A DNA stretch of 32,068 nucleotides from a virus (IMGVR_UViG_3300020393_000018:1-32068), one strand, 5' to 3'; counted from the stretch's first letter, positions 7,057-16,732 are shown. A program made the numbers and translations. Notes: generated by a model from the sequence alone, not told the origin.

Positions 7057-8665
7057 ATTTATTAGGCACGAACCTTGTCCTTTCTGTACTAGCAGCGATG
7101 CCTTTGCTGTTTATTCAGACGGATCAGGTTATTGCTTCTCATGTGGTACGCATCGTCGCAGTGAAGGAGCAAAGGATTTGTTTTTACAACAAGCAAACAC
7201 TAGAAAAAGTAAGAGCATGCCACACGCTGAAGCCAGTGAAACTAGAAGAGTACAGTACGATGGTGACTTCGCCAGAATCTCGTCTCGAAATATAACCGAG
7301 GACACTTGCAGAAAATTTAATGTCAGGGTCGATACTGTACGGAATGTTATTAAGTTCCCGTACTATTCAGATACGGGGCGAATTGTGGCGTATAAGGAGA
7401 GAACGAAAGCGAAGGGTTTTTCGTGGACGGGTAAAAATAAAGATCATCGGCTTTTTGGTCAGCATCTATTCGGTAGTGGTAAAACTATTGTCGTTGTTGA
7501 AGGCGAGCTGGATGCTCTTGCGACGTTTCAAGCAAGACCTAATTGGGCGGTAGTATCCGTTGATTGTGGAGCAAAGGCAGCAAAAAAATCTCTGTTGTCT
7601 CAGCTCGACTATCTACTTGGCTTTGATGAAATCGTACTTATGTTCGATAACGATGAAGCTGGTACTAATGCCACAGCAGAGTGTGTCTCTTTATTCCCAC
7701 CCGATAGAGTTTTTATAGCAGCTCTCGGAACATACAAAGATGCTTGTGAAGCATTAATAGCAAAGGATAGTGAAGCAATACGCCAAGCTATCTGGAACAA
7801 AAAATCATATTCACCTAAGTCCATCATTGATGGGCGTGATCTATTTGATCTAGTAAGTAAACCATTACACGGCAAGGATGCTGACTACCCATACAAAGCT
7901 GTAAACGAAATGACATCTGGGCTACGCTTCGGCGAACTGGTATGTCTAACCTCCGGCAGTGGCGTTGGGAAGAGTACTATTTGCGGCGAAATATCTCAGG
8001 CGTTAGTCGATCAGAATTTTAAGATCGGGTACATTGCACTTGAAGAAAGTGTACAACGTACAGCACTACGACTGATGAGTGTGGTTGCTAATAAACCATT
8101 ACACCTTAACAACGACATACCAAAAGAAGAATTAAAGGAAGCCTTTGATAAGTCTATTGGTACAGGACAAGTGTTATTGCGTGATGGATTTGGCAGCGTT
8201 GATCCTAAGTCAATACTTAATGACATGCGTTTCTTGGTTAACCAAGGAGTGCAATGGATAATACTAGATCACTTGAGCATATTGCTGTCAGCAAATGAAT
8301 CAAACGATGAACGACAACTTATAGATAGAACAATGACGCAGCTCCGATGTTTTGTTGAGGAGACAAACATAGGCATGATACTCGTATCACACTTGCGTCG
8401 CAGTCAATCAGACAAAGGACATGAGGATGGTAATACCATATCTTTGAGCCAGTTGAGAGGCAGTGGATCTATAGGTCAGTTAAGCGATATTTGTTTAGGT
8501 GTTATCCGCTCAGTTAGTAGTGGTGACAATACATCTAAGGTTGTTTGTCTTAAAAATAGATTCAATGGACAGACAGGTGAATGTGGCAATCTCATATACC
8601 AGAAAGAAACTGGAAGATTAATCGAACATCCAACCGCACTAAATACAGATTATGAATCGTTTTAA
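7040..8665 (+). CDS. DNA primase/helicase (gp4)
   Basis: Zn ribbon CPFC...CFSC, TOPRIM EGELD and FDNDEAG, Walker A SGSGVGKST, ILDHLS, LRGSGSIGQLSD and KNRFNG. The start is 7019 or 7040. Confidence 0.97.
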   Translation: MDYQNEFIRHEPCPFCTSSDAFAVYSDGSGYCFSCGTHRRSEGAKDLFLQQANTRKSKSMPHAEASETRRVQYDGDFARISSRNITEDTCRKFNVRVDTVRNVIKFPYYSDTGRIVAYKERTKAKGFSWTGKNKDHRLFGQHLFGSGKTIVVVEGELDALATFQARPNWAVVSVDCGAKAAKKSLLSQLDYLLGFDEIVLMFDNDEAGTNATAECVSLFPPDRVFIAALGTYKDACEALIAKDSEAIRQAIWNKKSYSPKSIIDGRDLFDLVSKPLHGKDADYPYKAVNEMTSGLRFGELVCLTSGSGVGKSTICGEISQALVDQNFKIGYIALEESVQRTALRLMSVVANKPLHLNNDIPKEELKEAFDKSIGTGQVLLRDGFGSVDPKSILNDMRFLVNQGVQWIILDHLSILLSANESNDERQLIDRTMTQLRCFVEETNIGMILVSHLRRSQSDKGHEDGNTISLSQLRGSGSIGQLSDICLGVIRSVSSGDNTSKVVCLKNRFNGQTGECGNLIYQKETGRLIEHPTALNTDYESF

Positions 8666-8957
8666 TAAAGCGAACATTGCTGTGTTGTTTAAAAAGACAG
8701 GGTGTAAACCTTGCAAAGTAGCACAGAAAAACTTAAGAGAATTACTTCTTGAAAAAGAAGAGTTAGGTAAGTTTATCAAAGTATTAGACATAGAACACCA
8801 TACAGCCTTACGAGGTGTTTACTGTCTTGAAATGTTTCCTACATTATTATTACTTGATCCACATGGACAAGAGATAAAGAGAACAGTAGGTGGTAGAAAT
8901 CTAACAAAAGAATACTTTGAGACAGCACTAACAGAAATACAAAAAGGTAAGTCGTGA
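8652..8957 (+). CDS. Thioredoxin-like protein
   Basis: CKPC active site and the downstream cis-Pro motif FPTLLLLD..G..I.R.VG; 101 aa. Confidence 0.85.
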   Translation: MNRFNKANIAVLFKKTGCKPCKVAQKNLRELLLEKEELGKFIKVLDIEHHTALRGVYCLEMFPTLLLLDPHGQEIKRTVGGRNLTKEYFETALTEIQKGKS

Positions 8958-10723
8958 ACTATCTTTTTGATATAGAAACAAATGGCTTACTTGATGAAGG
9001 TGATACTATTCATTGTCTTGTAATTAAAGACTTGGATAGTGGAGAGATATTTCGTTACGACGAAACAGGTAAGCATGATCGCATAGCAGAAGGAGTCAAA
9101 GCCCTGATGTATGCAGAGACGATATGGGGTCATAACTTAATCGCATTTGATATACCATTTATCATCAAATGTTTTCCATATTTTAAAAACTACACAGCCA
9201 AGGTATATGACACCTTGATAATGTCGAGAATGTTTTTTACTGATCTACTAGATCGAGACTTCCGAAACAAACCACCAAACATGCCAGCCCAAATGTATGG
9301 GAGACACGGCTTAGAAGCTTGGGGTTACAGACTCGGAGTTATGAAATCTGAATACGGTAAAAGCTTAGATGGTGATTGGTCAACATATACACCCGACATG
9401 CTTGAGTATTGTGTAGCAGACGTTGAAGCTAACACTCCGCTTGTTGAATTATTTAAGCCAAAGATAGGTGTTCACGAGACATCAATCAAACTCGAAACAG
9501 AGTGTGCAAAAATAATGCAATGGCAGTGGGAAGAAGGCTTTCCATTTGATGTAGCAAAAGCACATAAGTTAGAAACAAAATTAAGGATAGAACTGGAGAC
9601 GCTTTCAGACGAAATGCGATCTACATTTCCGCATGTAGACGGAGGTAACTTCACACCCGCTCGCCCTAATCAAAACAAAGGGTATGTAACGGGTGCTGAG
9701 TTTTGCAGACTTCGAGAGTTTAATCCAACCAGTAGACAACATATAGCTTTTGCTTTTCAAAACTTTCGAGGATGGGAAGCTATAGAAAAAACAGATACAG
9801 GTAAACCAAAGATTGATGAAAAGGTGTTGATGGAACTCGGCACAAATGAGTCAAAAAAATTTGCTCGCATTTTGGAATTACAAAAAGCACTTGGTCAGTT
9901 ATCAGAAGGACAAAATGCTTGGCTTAAACTTGTTGATAAGACAGGTAAGATCCACCACTCTTGTTCACTAGCTACCAACACATTTAGACAAGCACATTAC
10001 CGTCCCAATCTTTCACAAGTAAACAGTGCAGAAGAGTATAGAGAACTCTTTCATGCTGGAGCTGGACGAGTACAAGTAGGAGCTGACGCAAGCCAGCTAG
10101 AATTGCGCGGACTTGGACACTATTTATCACTGTTCGACGGTGGTGAATTTAGTAAAGAAGTTGTGGAGGGTGATATTCATACAAGACTTGCAAAGATTTA
10201 CGGTACAAGCCGTCAAGTAAGCAAGACTGTAACGTACTGCATGATCTATGGTGGGGGTGACTTCAAGATAGGTCTTAGTGCTGGTTTTGATAAAAAGAAA
10301 GCTGCAAAAGAAGGTAAAAGAATCAGAGCTGCTGTATTAGAAAACCTAAAAGGCTACAAACAACTACAACAAGCAATACAAGAGAAGGCAAGATTTGGCG
10401 TTCTCAAAGCACTTGACGGTAGACCTTTAAGAATAGGTGATAAAAAACACGTTGCTATGAACTACCTTATCCAAAGTGCTGGAGCAATTATTTGTAAGAC
10501 TTGGTTAGTTGAATCAATAAAAAAACTAAAGGCACAACATGTAGATTTTGTTCCTTTGGCATTTGTACATGATGAAATACAACTATCAGTACATCCAAAA
10601 GACACAAACGAAGCAAAGAAAATATTAGAGGAAACAATTATTGATGTACAAGCAATGCTCGCTTTTCGATGCGAACTTGCCGCTGAATCAAAGTCAGGAC
10701 TTACATGGTGGGATTGCCACTAA
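8954..10723 (+). CDS. Family A DNA polymerase (gp5)
   Basis: Exonuclease motifs FDIETNG, GHN..FD and YCVADV. Polymerase motifs DASQLELR, RQVSKTVTYCMIYG and VHDE. C-terminal WWDCH. GTG start. Confidence 0.97.
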   Translation: MNYLFDIETNGLLDEGDTIHCLVIKDLDSGEIFRYDETGKHDRIAEGVKALMYAETIWGHNLIAFDIPFIIKCFPYFKNYTAKVYDTLIMSRMFFTDLLDRDFRNKPPNMPAQMYGRHGLEAWGYRLGVMKSEYGKSLDGDWSTYTPDMLEYCVADVEANTPLVELFKPKIGVHETSIKLETECAKIMQWQWEEGFPFDVAKAHKLETKLRIELETLSDEMRSTFPHVDGGNFTPARPNQNKGYVTGAEFCRLREFNPTSRQHIAFAFQNFRGWEAIEKTDTGKPKIDEKVLMELGTNESKKFARILELQKALGQLSEGQNAWLKLVDKTGKIHHSCSLATNTFRQAHYRPNLSQVNSAEEYRELFHAGAGRVQVGADASQLELRGLGHYLSLFDGGEFSKEVVEGDIHTRLAKIYGTSRQVSKTVTYCMIYGGGDFKIGLSAGFDKKKAAKEGKRIRAAVLENLKGYKQLQQAIQEKARFGVLKALDGRPLRIGDKKHVAMNYLIQSAGAIICKTWLVESIKKLKAQHVDFVPLAFVHDEIQLSVHPKDTNEAKKILEETIIDVQAMLAFRCELAAESKSGLTWWDCH

Positions 10724-11072
10724 AGTTTGTAAGACATGTCATAAACGTAAACCAGATAACGAATTTACTAAAGCTGATGGAAGGCACAGAGCCACGAGAA
10801 ACCGTTGCAAAGAGTGTACAAACATTCAAAACAATATCCGAAATACTCTTAAAAAAATACACCCAGAACCCGCCGCTGGTAACTGCCAAATATGTGGACA
10901 GTACACGAGCGAGTGGGTCTTGGATCATTGCCATAAGAACTTATCTTTTCGTGGGTATATTTGTAGATCTTGTAACAGCGGTATTGGTTTATTACATGAT
11001 GACCCCGACACATTGAAGCGAGCATTTATTTATCTCACAAATGAAACTAAAACCAACAACAATACTGCTTGA
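10644..11072 (+). CDS. Endonuclease VII-type HNH nuclease (putative homing endonuclease)
   Basis: CKTC...CKEC zinc ribbon plus CQIC...LDHCH...RGYICRSCNSGIG. GAGG lies upstream of TTG 10641/ATG 10644. Confidence 0.88.
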   Translation: MYKQCSLFDANLPLNQSQDLHGGIATKVCKTCHKRKPDNEFTKADGRHRATRNRCKECTNIQNNIRNTLKKIHPEPAAGNCQICGQYTSEWVLDHCHKNLSFRGYICRSCNSGIGLLHDDPDTLKRAFIYLTNETKTNNNTA

Positions 11073-11775
11073 TGCTGATTATTTTTTTTACAGAGCTGCG
11101 GCTGCCTCTGAGTACGAAATGACTTGGGACGCTGATGTTACTGTGATTGCTGGTAGTCTAACCAACGGTCAAAAAATAATTAGATCAGATGTTAAACAAT
11201 TAAAAGAACGGTTTGATACTGACGAATTAATAATGACGTTTACGGACGTTGAAAATTTTAGGAAAAAAATAGACAGCGGTTATAAATCTAATCGCACCAA
11301 ACGTAAACCATGTGGATTCAAACGCTTACTAAACTGGGCTAAAACAGAATACGAGTGCATCCGTATGCCACAACTAGAGGCAGACGATGTACTAGGAATA
11401 CTAAGTACAAGTGGATGCTATACAAACTTTGTATTAGTCAGTCCCGATAAAGACATGGAACAAATACCATGTCGTATCTACAATCTTAAAGAAGAATTTA
11501 CACAAACACCTGAGCAAGCAGAGTATAAATTATACGAGCAATGTTTAAGTGGTGATCCTGTAGATGGATACAGTGGTATCAAGGGTATTGGTAAAAAAAA
11601 AGCACAGTCTATTCTTAATAATAAAGAAGGCACATACTGGGACACAGTACTAAAAGCTTTTAAAGATCATGGTTACAAAGAAGCTGATGCACTAAAGCAA
11701 CTGCGACTAGCAAAGATCTTACACTCAGATAATTGGGACTACGCAAGAGAAAGACCAATACTGTTTACACCATGA
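11041..11775 (+). CDS. 5'-3' exonuclease (gp6)
   Basis: Motifs LLDAD, NFRK...YKSNR, LEADD, DKD and GDPVDGYSGIKGIG. Confidence 0.95.
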   Translation: MKLKPTTILLDADYFFYRAAAASEYEMTWDADVTVIAGSLTNGQKIIRSDVKQLKERFDTDELIMTFTDVENFRKKIDSGYKSNRTKRKPCGFKRLLNWAKTEYECIRMPQLEADDVLGILSTSGCYTNFVLVSPDKDMEQIPCRIYNLKEEFTQTPEQAEYKLYEQCLSGDPVDGYSGIKGIGKKKAQSILNNKEGTYWDTVLKAFKDHGYKEADALKQLRLAKILHSDNWDYARERPILFTP

Positions 11776-11933
11776 ACAGACCATATCTGACACAACAAGA
11801 ACTCATATATATAAGAAACCATTTACTAAGTTCTCGTATGTATAGAGGTGCAACTCTTCCACATGGTGCTGTGGTATGGCAAGAGTGGATGCACGATTTC
11901 CTAAAAAAAATTAATGATTGTTTAGATGAGTAA
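11772..11933 (+). CDS. Hypothetical protein (53 aa)
   Basis: ATGA overlap with the exonuclease stop; also overlaps the next gene's start. Confidence 0.6.
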   Translation: MNRPYLTQQELIYIRNHLLSSRMYRGATLPHGAVVWQEWMHDFLKKINDCLDE

Positions 11934-12147
11934 GTATTCACCGACACACTATCAAAGAGGTTACATAGAAGTCTGGGATTTTATAGAAGATCAAGACCTA
12001 TGTTATTTTCTTGGCAATGTTATTAAGTATGTATGCAGAGCGGGTTATAAACCAGAAGAACACATGCTTGAAGATTTAAAAAAAGCCAAGACATATCTTT
12101 CAAAAAAAATATCCATTTTAGAAAAAGAAAAAGAAAATGCACTATGA
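11926..12147 (+). CDS. DUF3310-family protein (T7 gp1.7-like, putative nucleotide kinase)
   Basis: SPTHY...IEVWDFI...GNVIKY..RAG.K...EDLKKA..YL pattern. Confidence 0.85.
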   Translation: MSKYSPTHYQRGYIEVWDFIEDQDLCYFLGNVIKYVCRAGYKPEEHMLEDLKKAKTYLSKKISILEKEKENAL

Positions 12148-12496
12148 TTTCCAAGGTCAAGCAATCCAGTTTAGATTGCAGATGGATCAGCCAATAGGCA
12201 AAGCAAAAGCTGACCTTAAATTACAAAGAGAACTTATCCGTGAGGAGTACTGGGAGTTTAATCAAGCTGTAGCTGATTACAAACCAGATGTATTTGCACT
12301 CAAAGAACTAGCAGATTTAGTTTTTGTTTGCTTCCAATATGCAACAGCCGCTGGTTGGGAATTAGACGAAGCGTTGGACAGAGTATTTAGAAGTAACATG
12401 TCCAAATTAGAAAATGGTAAGCCAGTTAAAAATGCTGCTGGCAAAATTATGAAAGGTCGAAACTACAAACCCCCTTATTTAGATGACATAGTATGA
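12137..12496 (+). CDS. MazG-like nucleoside triphosphate pyrophosphohydrolase
   Basis: Motifs LIREEYWE, KELADLVFV, V..SNMSK and GKIMKG.NY.PP. Confidence 0.88.
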   Translation: MHYDFQGQAIQFRLQMDQPIGKAKADLKLQRELIREEYWEFNQAVADYKPDVFALKELADLVFVCFQYATAAGWELDEALDRVFRSNMSKLENGKPVKNAAGKIMKGRNYKPPYLDDIV

Positions 12497-13869
12497 AAGC
12501 AAAAATAGCAAGAACAGGACGTGTACAATCTTGGCTTGATGAACCATCACACCGCCTACCTGTTTCATGCACAATCGTTGTACCCGAAGATAACATGGAG
12601 TCAATACAAGACTCTTGGACTTTTGCAAGTTACGCATTAAGACATGGAGCTGGAGTAGCTGTACACCTGAGCAACCTAAGACCTAAAGGATCTGATAATG
12701 GTAGAGGTTTAATTGCTAGTGGGGCTGTAAGTTTCGGTAAGATATATTCCACACTTAATGAAGTACTTAGACGTGGTGGTGTCTACAGATCAGGTGCAAT
12801 CACACTGCATCTTGACGCTGACCATGGTGACTTAGTTGATTTTATAACTGCAAAAAGGGGCGAGCTACCGTGGGTAAAGAGGTGTGTAAATATAGATCAA
12901 GAGTCATGGGACAATCTAGATAGTCTTAAAAAAAGTTTGTTGTTACATGGCATACAAGCTGGCGATATATGGTTAGCAAAAAAAAGATATGACCAGCAAG
13001 GGAGAAGAGTCAGGTTCAATGTATGTTTAGAAGTTGCATTATTAAATAAAGGTAGTTGTTTGCTTCAACATGTGAACTTAGCTGCATGTGAAAAACAAGA
13101 ACTGATACCTGTGTTTGAACAGGCGATGAAAGAGCTGTGTGAACTACATCCTAAGACAGGTGTAGATAAAGATGGTTACTATCGCCACCCAAAAAATGAC
13201 AGACAGGTAGGCTTAGGTATGATAGGTCTTGCTAATTTTCTAAGTTACTACAATGTTTCGTACAAAGAATTTGGCGAAGCCTTGTCTGTATTAAATGCTG
13301 GAAAAGGTGCAACTCTAGAACAAACAGATACTGAAGCATGGGATCTTGCTTTGTATTTTATGAGAGCTATAAATGCAGCTGCTGATGTTGCAGATAAATA
13401 CCACATGGACAGAGCTTTTGCTATCGCACCTACAGCTACATGTTCTTATAAATACTCAGATAGAAATGGCTACACTGCAACACCTGAGATTGCACCACCG
13501 ATAGCTACAAGTGTAGACAGAGACAGCTCTACTTATGGAGTTACCACTGCTGACTATGGATATGTAGAAACTGCTTGGGAGGTTGGTTGGGAAGCATACT
13601 ATTCTGTGGCTACTGGCATATGTCAGTTACTAGAAAACACAGGATTATTCCATGGTTATTCATTTAACACATGGACAGATGTATGCACATATGATGAGGA
13701 GTTTATACAAAAATGGTTGGACTCACCATTGACAAGCATGTATTACTCACTAAGAGTTATGCCTGATACTCAAAGAAAAGATGATGCCGCTGCACTTATA
13801 GATGATGAAGATTATAAAGACCTATTTAATTTTGAAGAAAACAATGTGTGTTCAACTTGTGCAGAGTAA
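12493..13869 (+). CDS. nrdA: Ribonucleotide reductase class I alpha subunit (compact cyanophage type)
   Basis: Motifs PVSC, NVCLE (NxCxE), SCLL, VGLGMIGLA, AIAPTATCS, SMYY (tandem radical-transfer Tyr) and C-terminal CSTC. Confidence 0.92.
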   Translation: MKAKIARTGRVQSWLDEPSHRLPVSCTIVVPEDNMESIQDSWTFASYALRHGAGVAVHLSNLRPKGSDNGRGLIASGAVSFGKIYSTLNEVLRRGGVYRSGAITLHLDADHGDLVDFITAKRGELPWVKRCVNIDQESWDNLDSLKKSLLLHGIQAGDIWLAKKRYDQQGRRVRFNVCLEVALLNKGSCLLQHVNLAACEKQELIPVFEQAMKELCELHPKTGVDKDGYYRHPKNDRQVGLGMIGLANFLSYYNVSYKEFGEALSVLNAGKGATLEQTDTEAWDLALYFMRAINAAADVADKYHMDRAFAIAPTATCSYKYSDRNGYTATPEIAPPIATSVDRDSSTYGVTTADYGYVETAWEVGWEAYYSVATGICQLLENTGLFHGYSFNTWTDVCTYDEEFIQKWLDSPLTSMYYSLRVMPDTQRKDDAAALIDDEDYKDLFNFEENNVCSTCAE

Positions 13870-14588
13870 TGACTAGCCCTTATACAAAACTTATAAATAG
13901 AAAACGAAAATGGACACCGATAGAAGTAACTAAAGGTGACTTAAAAAAAGGATCAGAAGAAACATTTTATCGAGCCTTAGCACTGAGAACGCTTGAGCTA
14001 CCTGTTAAAGAAATGCTTGAGCAAGGATTAGCAAAAGAACTACCTAAGATAGATGGATGTGAGGAAGCACTTAAGAGTAACCAAAAGGATGAGGACAAGC
14101 ATGATCTTGCTTTTAACTATTTGGTTAATGCTCATGGGGTTGACAGGGGAGCTGAGAGGGAGGCGCAAGTTATACGCAAGGCGTGGCTTGATGCACCCCA
14201 GCACCCAATACTCAAGACGGCTGTACTAGAAAGATCAGTATTTTTTGTACTGTTACCTTTCTATAGATACTGTGGTGACATGGCTTCTAGAAGTGTAAGC
14301 CAAGATGTTAGCGGTGATGAATCTATCCATGTATTAATACATCAAATGGTATGCAAAGACTTAGGTATAGCTAACTCAAAAAGTTTAGACAACCTACGCA
14401 GACAGACAGTTGCATGGGTAGTAGATAGTCTTGGTGTCAACGACGATAAATATTTAAACAAAGATTTCTGGATTAAGACCAGTGATTCTCTATACCGTAC
14501 TGGTAAAGCAGAATTAAAAGAAACAAAACGCTCAAGGATGCCAGCCTTCTTTGAGAGTGATAACCGTGACTTACCTTCGTATGGATAG
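13869..14588 (+). CDS. nrdB: Ribonucleotide reductase class I beta subunit (ferritin-like)
   Basis: Dimetal ligand pattern LELPV / DEDKH / LERSVFF / DESIH; TAATG-coupled to the alpha gene. Confidence 0.82.
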   Translation: MTSPYTKLINRKRKWTPIEVTKGDLKKGSEETFYRALALRTLELPVKEMLEQGLAKELPKIDGCEEALKSNQKDEDKHDLAFNYLVNAHGVDRGAEREAQVIRKAWLDAPQHPILKTAVLERSVFFVLLPFYRYCGDMASRSVSQDVSGDESIHVLIHQMVCKDLGIANSKSLDNLRRQTVAWVVDSLGVNDDKYLNKDFWIKTSDSLYRTGKAELKETKRSRMPAFFESDNRDLPSYG

Positions 14589-14763
14589 TTTTACCCTTAT
14601 GAACGGGGGACGTGGATTTCTAGATCAAATTATTGATGAGCTAGATGAGACGTTCCCTGCATATACACCAAACCCTGACGACACCCTAGCTCTTATTATG
14701 TATAGAGCTGGGCAGCGTAGTGTCGTAGAACATTTATACAATAAGAAAGATGTGCCAACCTGA
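14581..14763 (+). CDS. Conserved hypothetical phage protein (60 aa)
   Basis: ELDETFP...IMYRAGQRSVV pattern, of the kind seen upstream of the portal in marine T7-like phages. Confidence 0.7.
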   Translation: MDSFTLMNGGRGFLDQIIDELDETFPAYTPNPDDTLALIMYRAGQRSVVEHLYNKKDVPT

Positions 14764-15007
14764 CATCCCAGAAATGCCTGAGTATGAGGAGCCTAAAGTA
14801 GCTCCAGCAGCTCCAACACCAATACAACCTGACAGCTTAGGATCTTTACCACCTCCAATGTCAACAAGTGCTGGTCAAGGTGATGAAGCAAAGTTAAAAA
14901 AAAAGTCTACAATTAAAAAAGATTTACAAAGAACACAGGGCATTAACAGATTTAAAATACCTTTAAATACAAGCAAAAATAAAACAACTTTAAATATACC
15001 TAAATGA
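14750..15007 (+). CDS. Small Pro-rich/basic protein (gp7.3-like by position)
   Basis: MC start, Pro-rich N-half, Lys-rich C-half, immediately before the portal gene. Confidence 0.65.
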   Translation: MCQPDIPEMPEYEEPKVAPAAPTPIQPDSLGSLPPPMSTSAGQGDEAKLKKKSTIKKDLQRTQGINRFKIPLNTSKNKTTLNIPK

Positions 15008-16650
15008 AGCAAACAGCGTTATCACGCTATGAAAGTTTGAGATCAGGTAGACAACAGTTTTTAGACGCAGCAAGAGAAGCGGCGGCATTAACAATCCCGT
15101 ACCTAATGACTGAGGAAGGTTTTGGTGAAGGTGAAAAACTTCCAATACCTTGGCAATCACTGGGTGCAAAGGGATGTAACGTGCTTAGTTCAAAACTTAT
15201 GCTAAGTCTGTTCCCACTAAATACAAGTTTCTTCAAGTTATCTATTAACGACCAAGAACTCGCAACCTTACCAGAAATAACTCCAGAGATTAGATCCGAA
15301 ATAGATTTAACACTAGCAAAGATGGAACGAACCATCATGCAGCAAATCTCAGAATCTACTGATCGAGTTATTCTATACTCAGCAATGAGACATTTGGTTG
15401 TCACAGGCAACGTATTATTGTTTGCTGGGAAGAAGAATTTAAAACTGTATCCCTTAAATCGTTTTGTAGTGGATCGTGACGGTAACGGTGAGATACTTCA
15501 TATCGTCACAAAGGAGCATGTTCATAGATCTTTATTACCAAAAGAATTTCAAAAGTTACCTGATGGAGTACCTAATATAAATAGTGCTGGAGAAGATGGT
15601 GTTAAGCATGGCGTTGCTGGTAGTGATGCTGAAGATGCAACTGTCTTTACACACTGTGAATTAAAAGATGGTTCACACAAATGGTATCAAGAATGTGACG
15701 GAAAAATTTTACCTAACTCACAAGGTTCAAGTCCTAAAAATATAAGCCCTTGGATCTGCTGTAGATTTAATATCACAGACCAAGAGAGTTACGGTAGATC
15801 AAGAGTATCAGAATATCAAGCTGACTTACAAAGTCTTGATGGTCTTATGCAAAGTATGGTTGAGGGTAGTGCAACAATGGCAAAAGTTGTTTTTGCAGTA
15901 TCACCAAGTAGTGTTACTAAACCACAAGCTTTGGCAAGAGCATCTTCGGGAAGTATTATTTCTGGACGAGCTGATGATGTAAGTGTAATTGCTACAAACA
16001 AGCAAGCTGATTTTCGTACTGTCAGAGAAATGATTGAGATATTAACACAAAGAATATCTGATGCTTTTCTAATACTTAGTCCTAGACAATCAGAGAGGAC
16101 AACTGCTACAGAAATATCAGCAGTACAACAAGAGTTGAATGAACAACTTTCGGGAGTTTACGGTAACTTAACAATTACTTTATTGACTCCATATTTAAAT
16201 AGAAAACTTCATATCTTACAAAGAAACAAATCTATACCCTCATTACCAAAAGGATTAATTAGTCCTGTGGTGGTAGCGGGTTTAAATAGCTTAGGTCGTC
16301 AGCAAGACAAAGTTGCATTGATGGAGTTTATGAACACAGTGGCACAGTCACTTGGTGCAGAAGCTTTAGCACAATACATCGTACCGACAGAAGTATTAAA
16401 ACGACTTGCCGCTGCGTCAGGTATTGAAACATTGAACTTGATTAAAGATCAATCAACAATGGATCAAGAAATGGCACAGATGCAACAAGCACAAACACAA
16501 GAAACGCTTATGAAACAAGCGGGTCAATTAGCTAGATCACCAATAGCGGAGAAAATAATTAATGGTCAACAACAGCAAGAACCCCCAGCCCTCCAAGAAA
16601 GAGGACAAAACCCCATCGACCAAGGTGGAGAAAGTACAGAACAAATCTAG
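15004..16650 (+). CDS. Head-tail connector / portal protein (gp8)
   Basis: Motifs PWQSLGAKG..L.SKLML.LFP, V.RDG.G, YGRS, ERTTATEI and LGR.QD; Gln-rich tail. Confidence 0.96.
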   Translation: MKQTALSRYESLRSGRQQFLDAAREAAALTIPYLMTEEGFGEGEKLPIPWQSLGAKGCNVLSSKLMLSLFPLNTSFFKLSINDQELATLPEITPEIRSEIDLTLAKMERTIMQQISESTDRVILYSAMRHLVVTGNVLLFAGKKNLKLYPLNRFVVDRDGNGEILHIVTKEHVHRSLLPKEFQKLPDGVPNINSAGEDGVKHGVAGSDAEDATVFTHCELKDGSHKWYQECDGKILPNSQGSSPKNISPWICCRFNITDQESYGRSRVSEYQADLQSLDGLMQSMVEGSATMAKVVFAVSPSSVTKPQALARASSGSIISGRADDVSVIATNKQADFRTVREMIEILTQRISDAFLILSPRQSERTTATEISAVQQELNEQLSGVYGNLTITLLTPYLNRKLHILQRNKSIPSLPKGLISPVVVAGLNSLGRQQDKVALMEFMNTVAQSLGAEALAQYIVPTEVLKRLAAASGIETLNLIKDQSTMDQEMAQMQQAQTQETLMKQAGQLARSPIAEKIINGQQQQEPPALQERGQNPIDQGGESTEQI

Positions 16651-16729
16651 AGTAACAACTGCGGGTAACTACGAAATAAAAGAAAAAATTACAAGATCAT
16701 TTGGATCAGCAAAAACTACATATCACTAA
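16562..16729 (+). CDS. Small basic hypothetical protein overlapping the portal 3' end (55 aa, not in ORF track)
   Basis: GGAG RBS then ATG 16562; MVNNSKNPQPSKKEDK...RSFGSAKTTYH; ends 3 nt before the scaffold start. Confidence 0.55.
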   Translation: MVNNSKNPQPSKKEDKTPSTKVEKVQNKSRVTTAGNYEIKEKITRSFGSAKTTYH

Positions 16730-16732
16730 ACT

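Noticed and set aside
7053-7553. Alternate-frame + ORFs inside primase-helicase (also 10705-11016 inside the HNH gene)
   Set aside because: Nested in conserved genes, with no recognisable product.
12493-13869. Class II (NrdJ, B12-dependent) assignment
   Set aside because: The YY pair, C-terminal CxxC and a coupled ferritin-like gene indicate class I.
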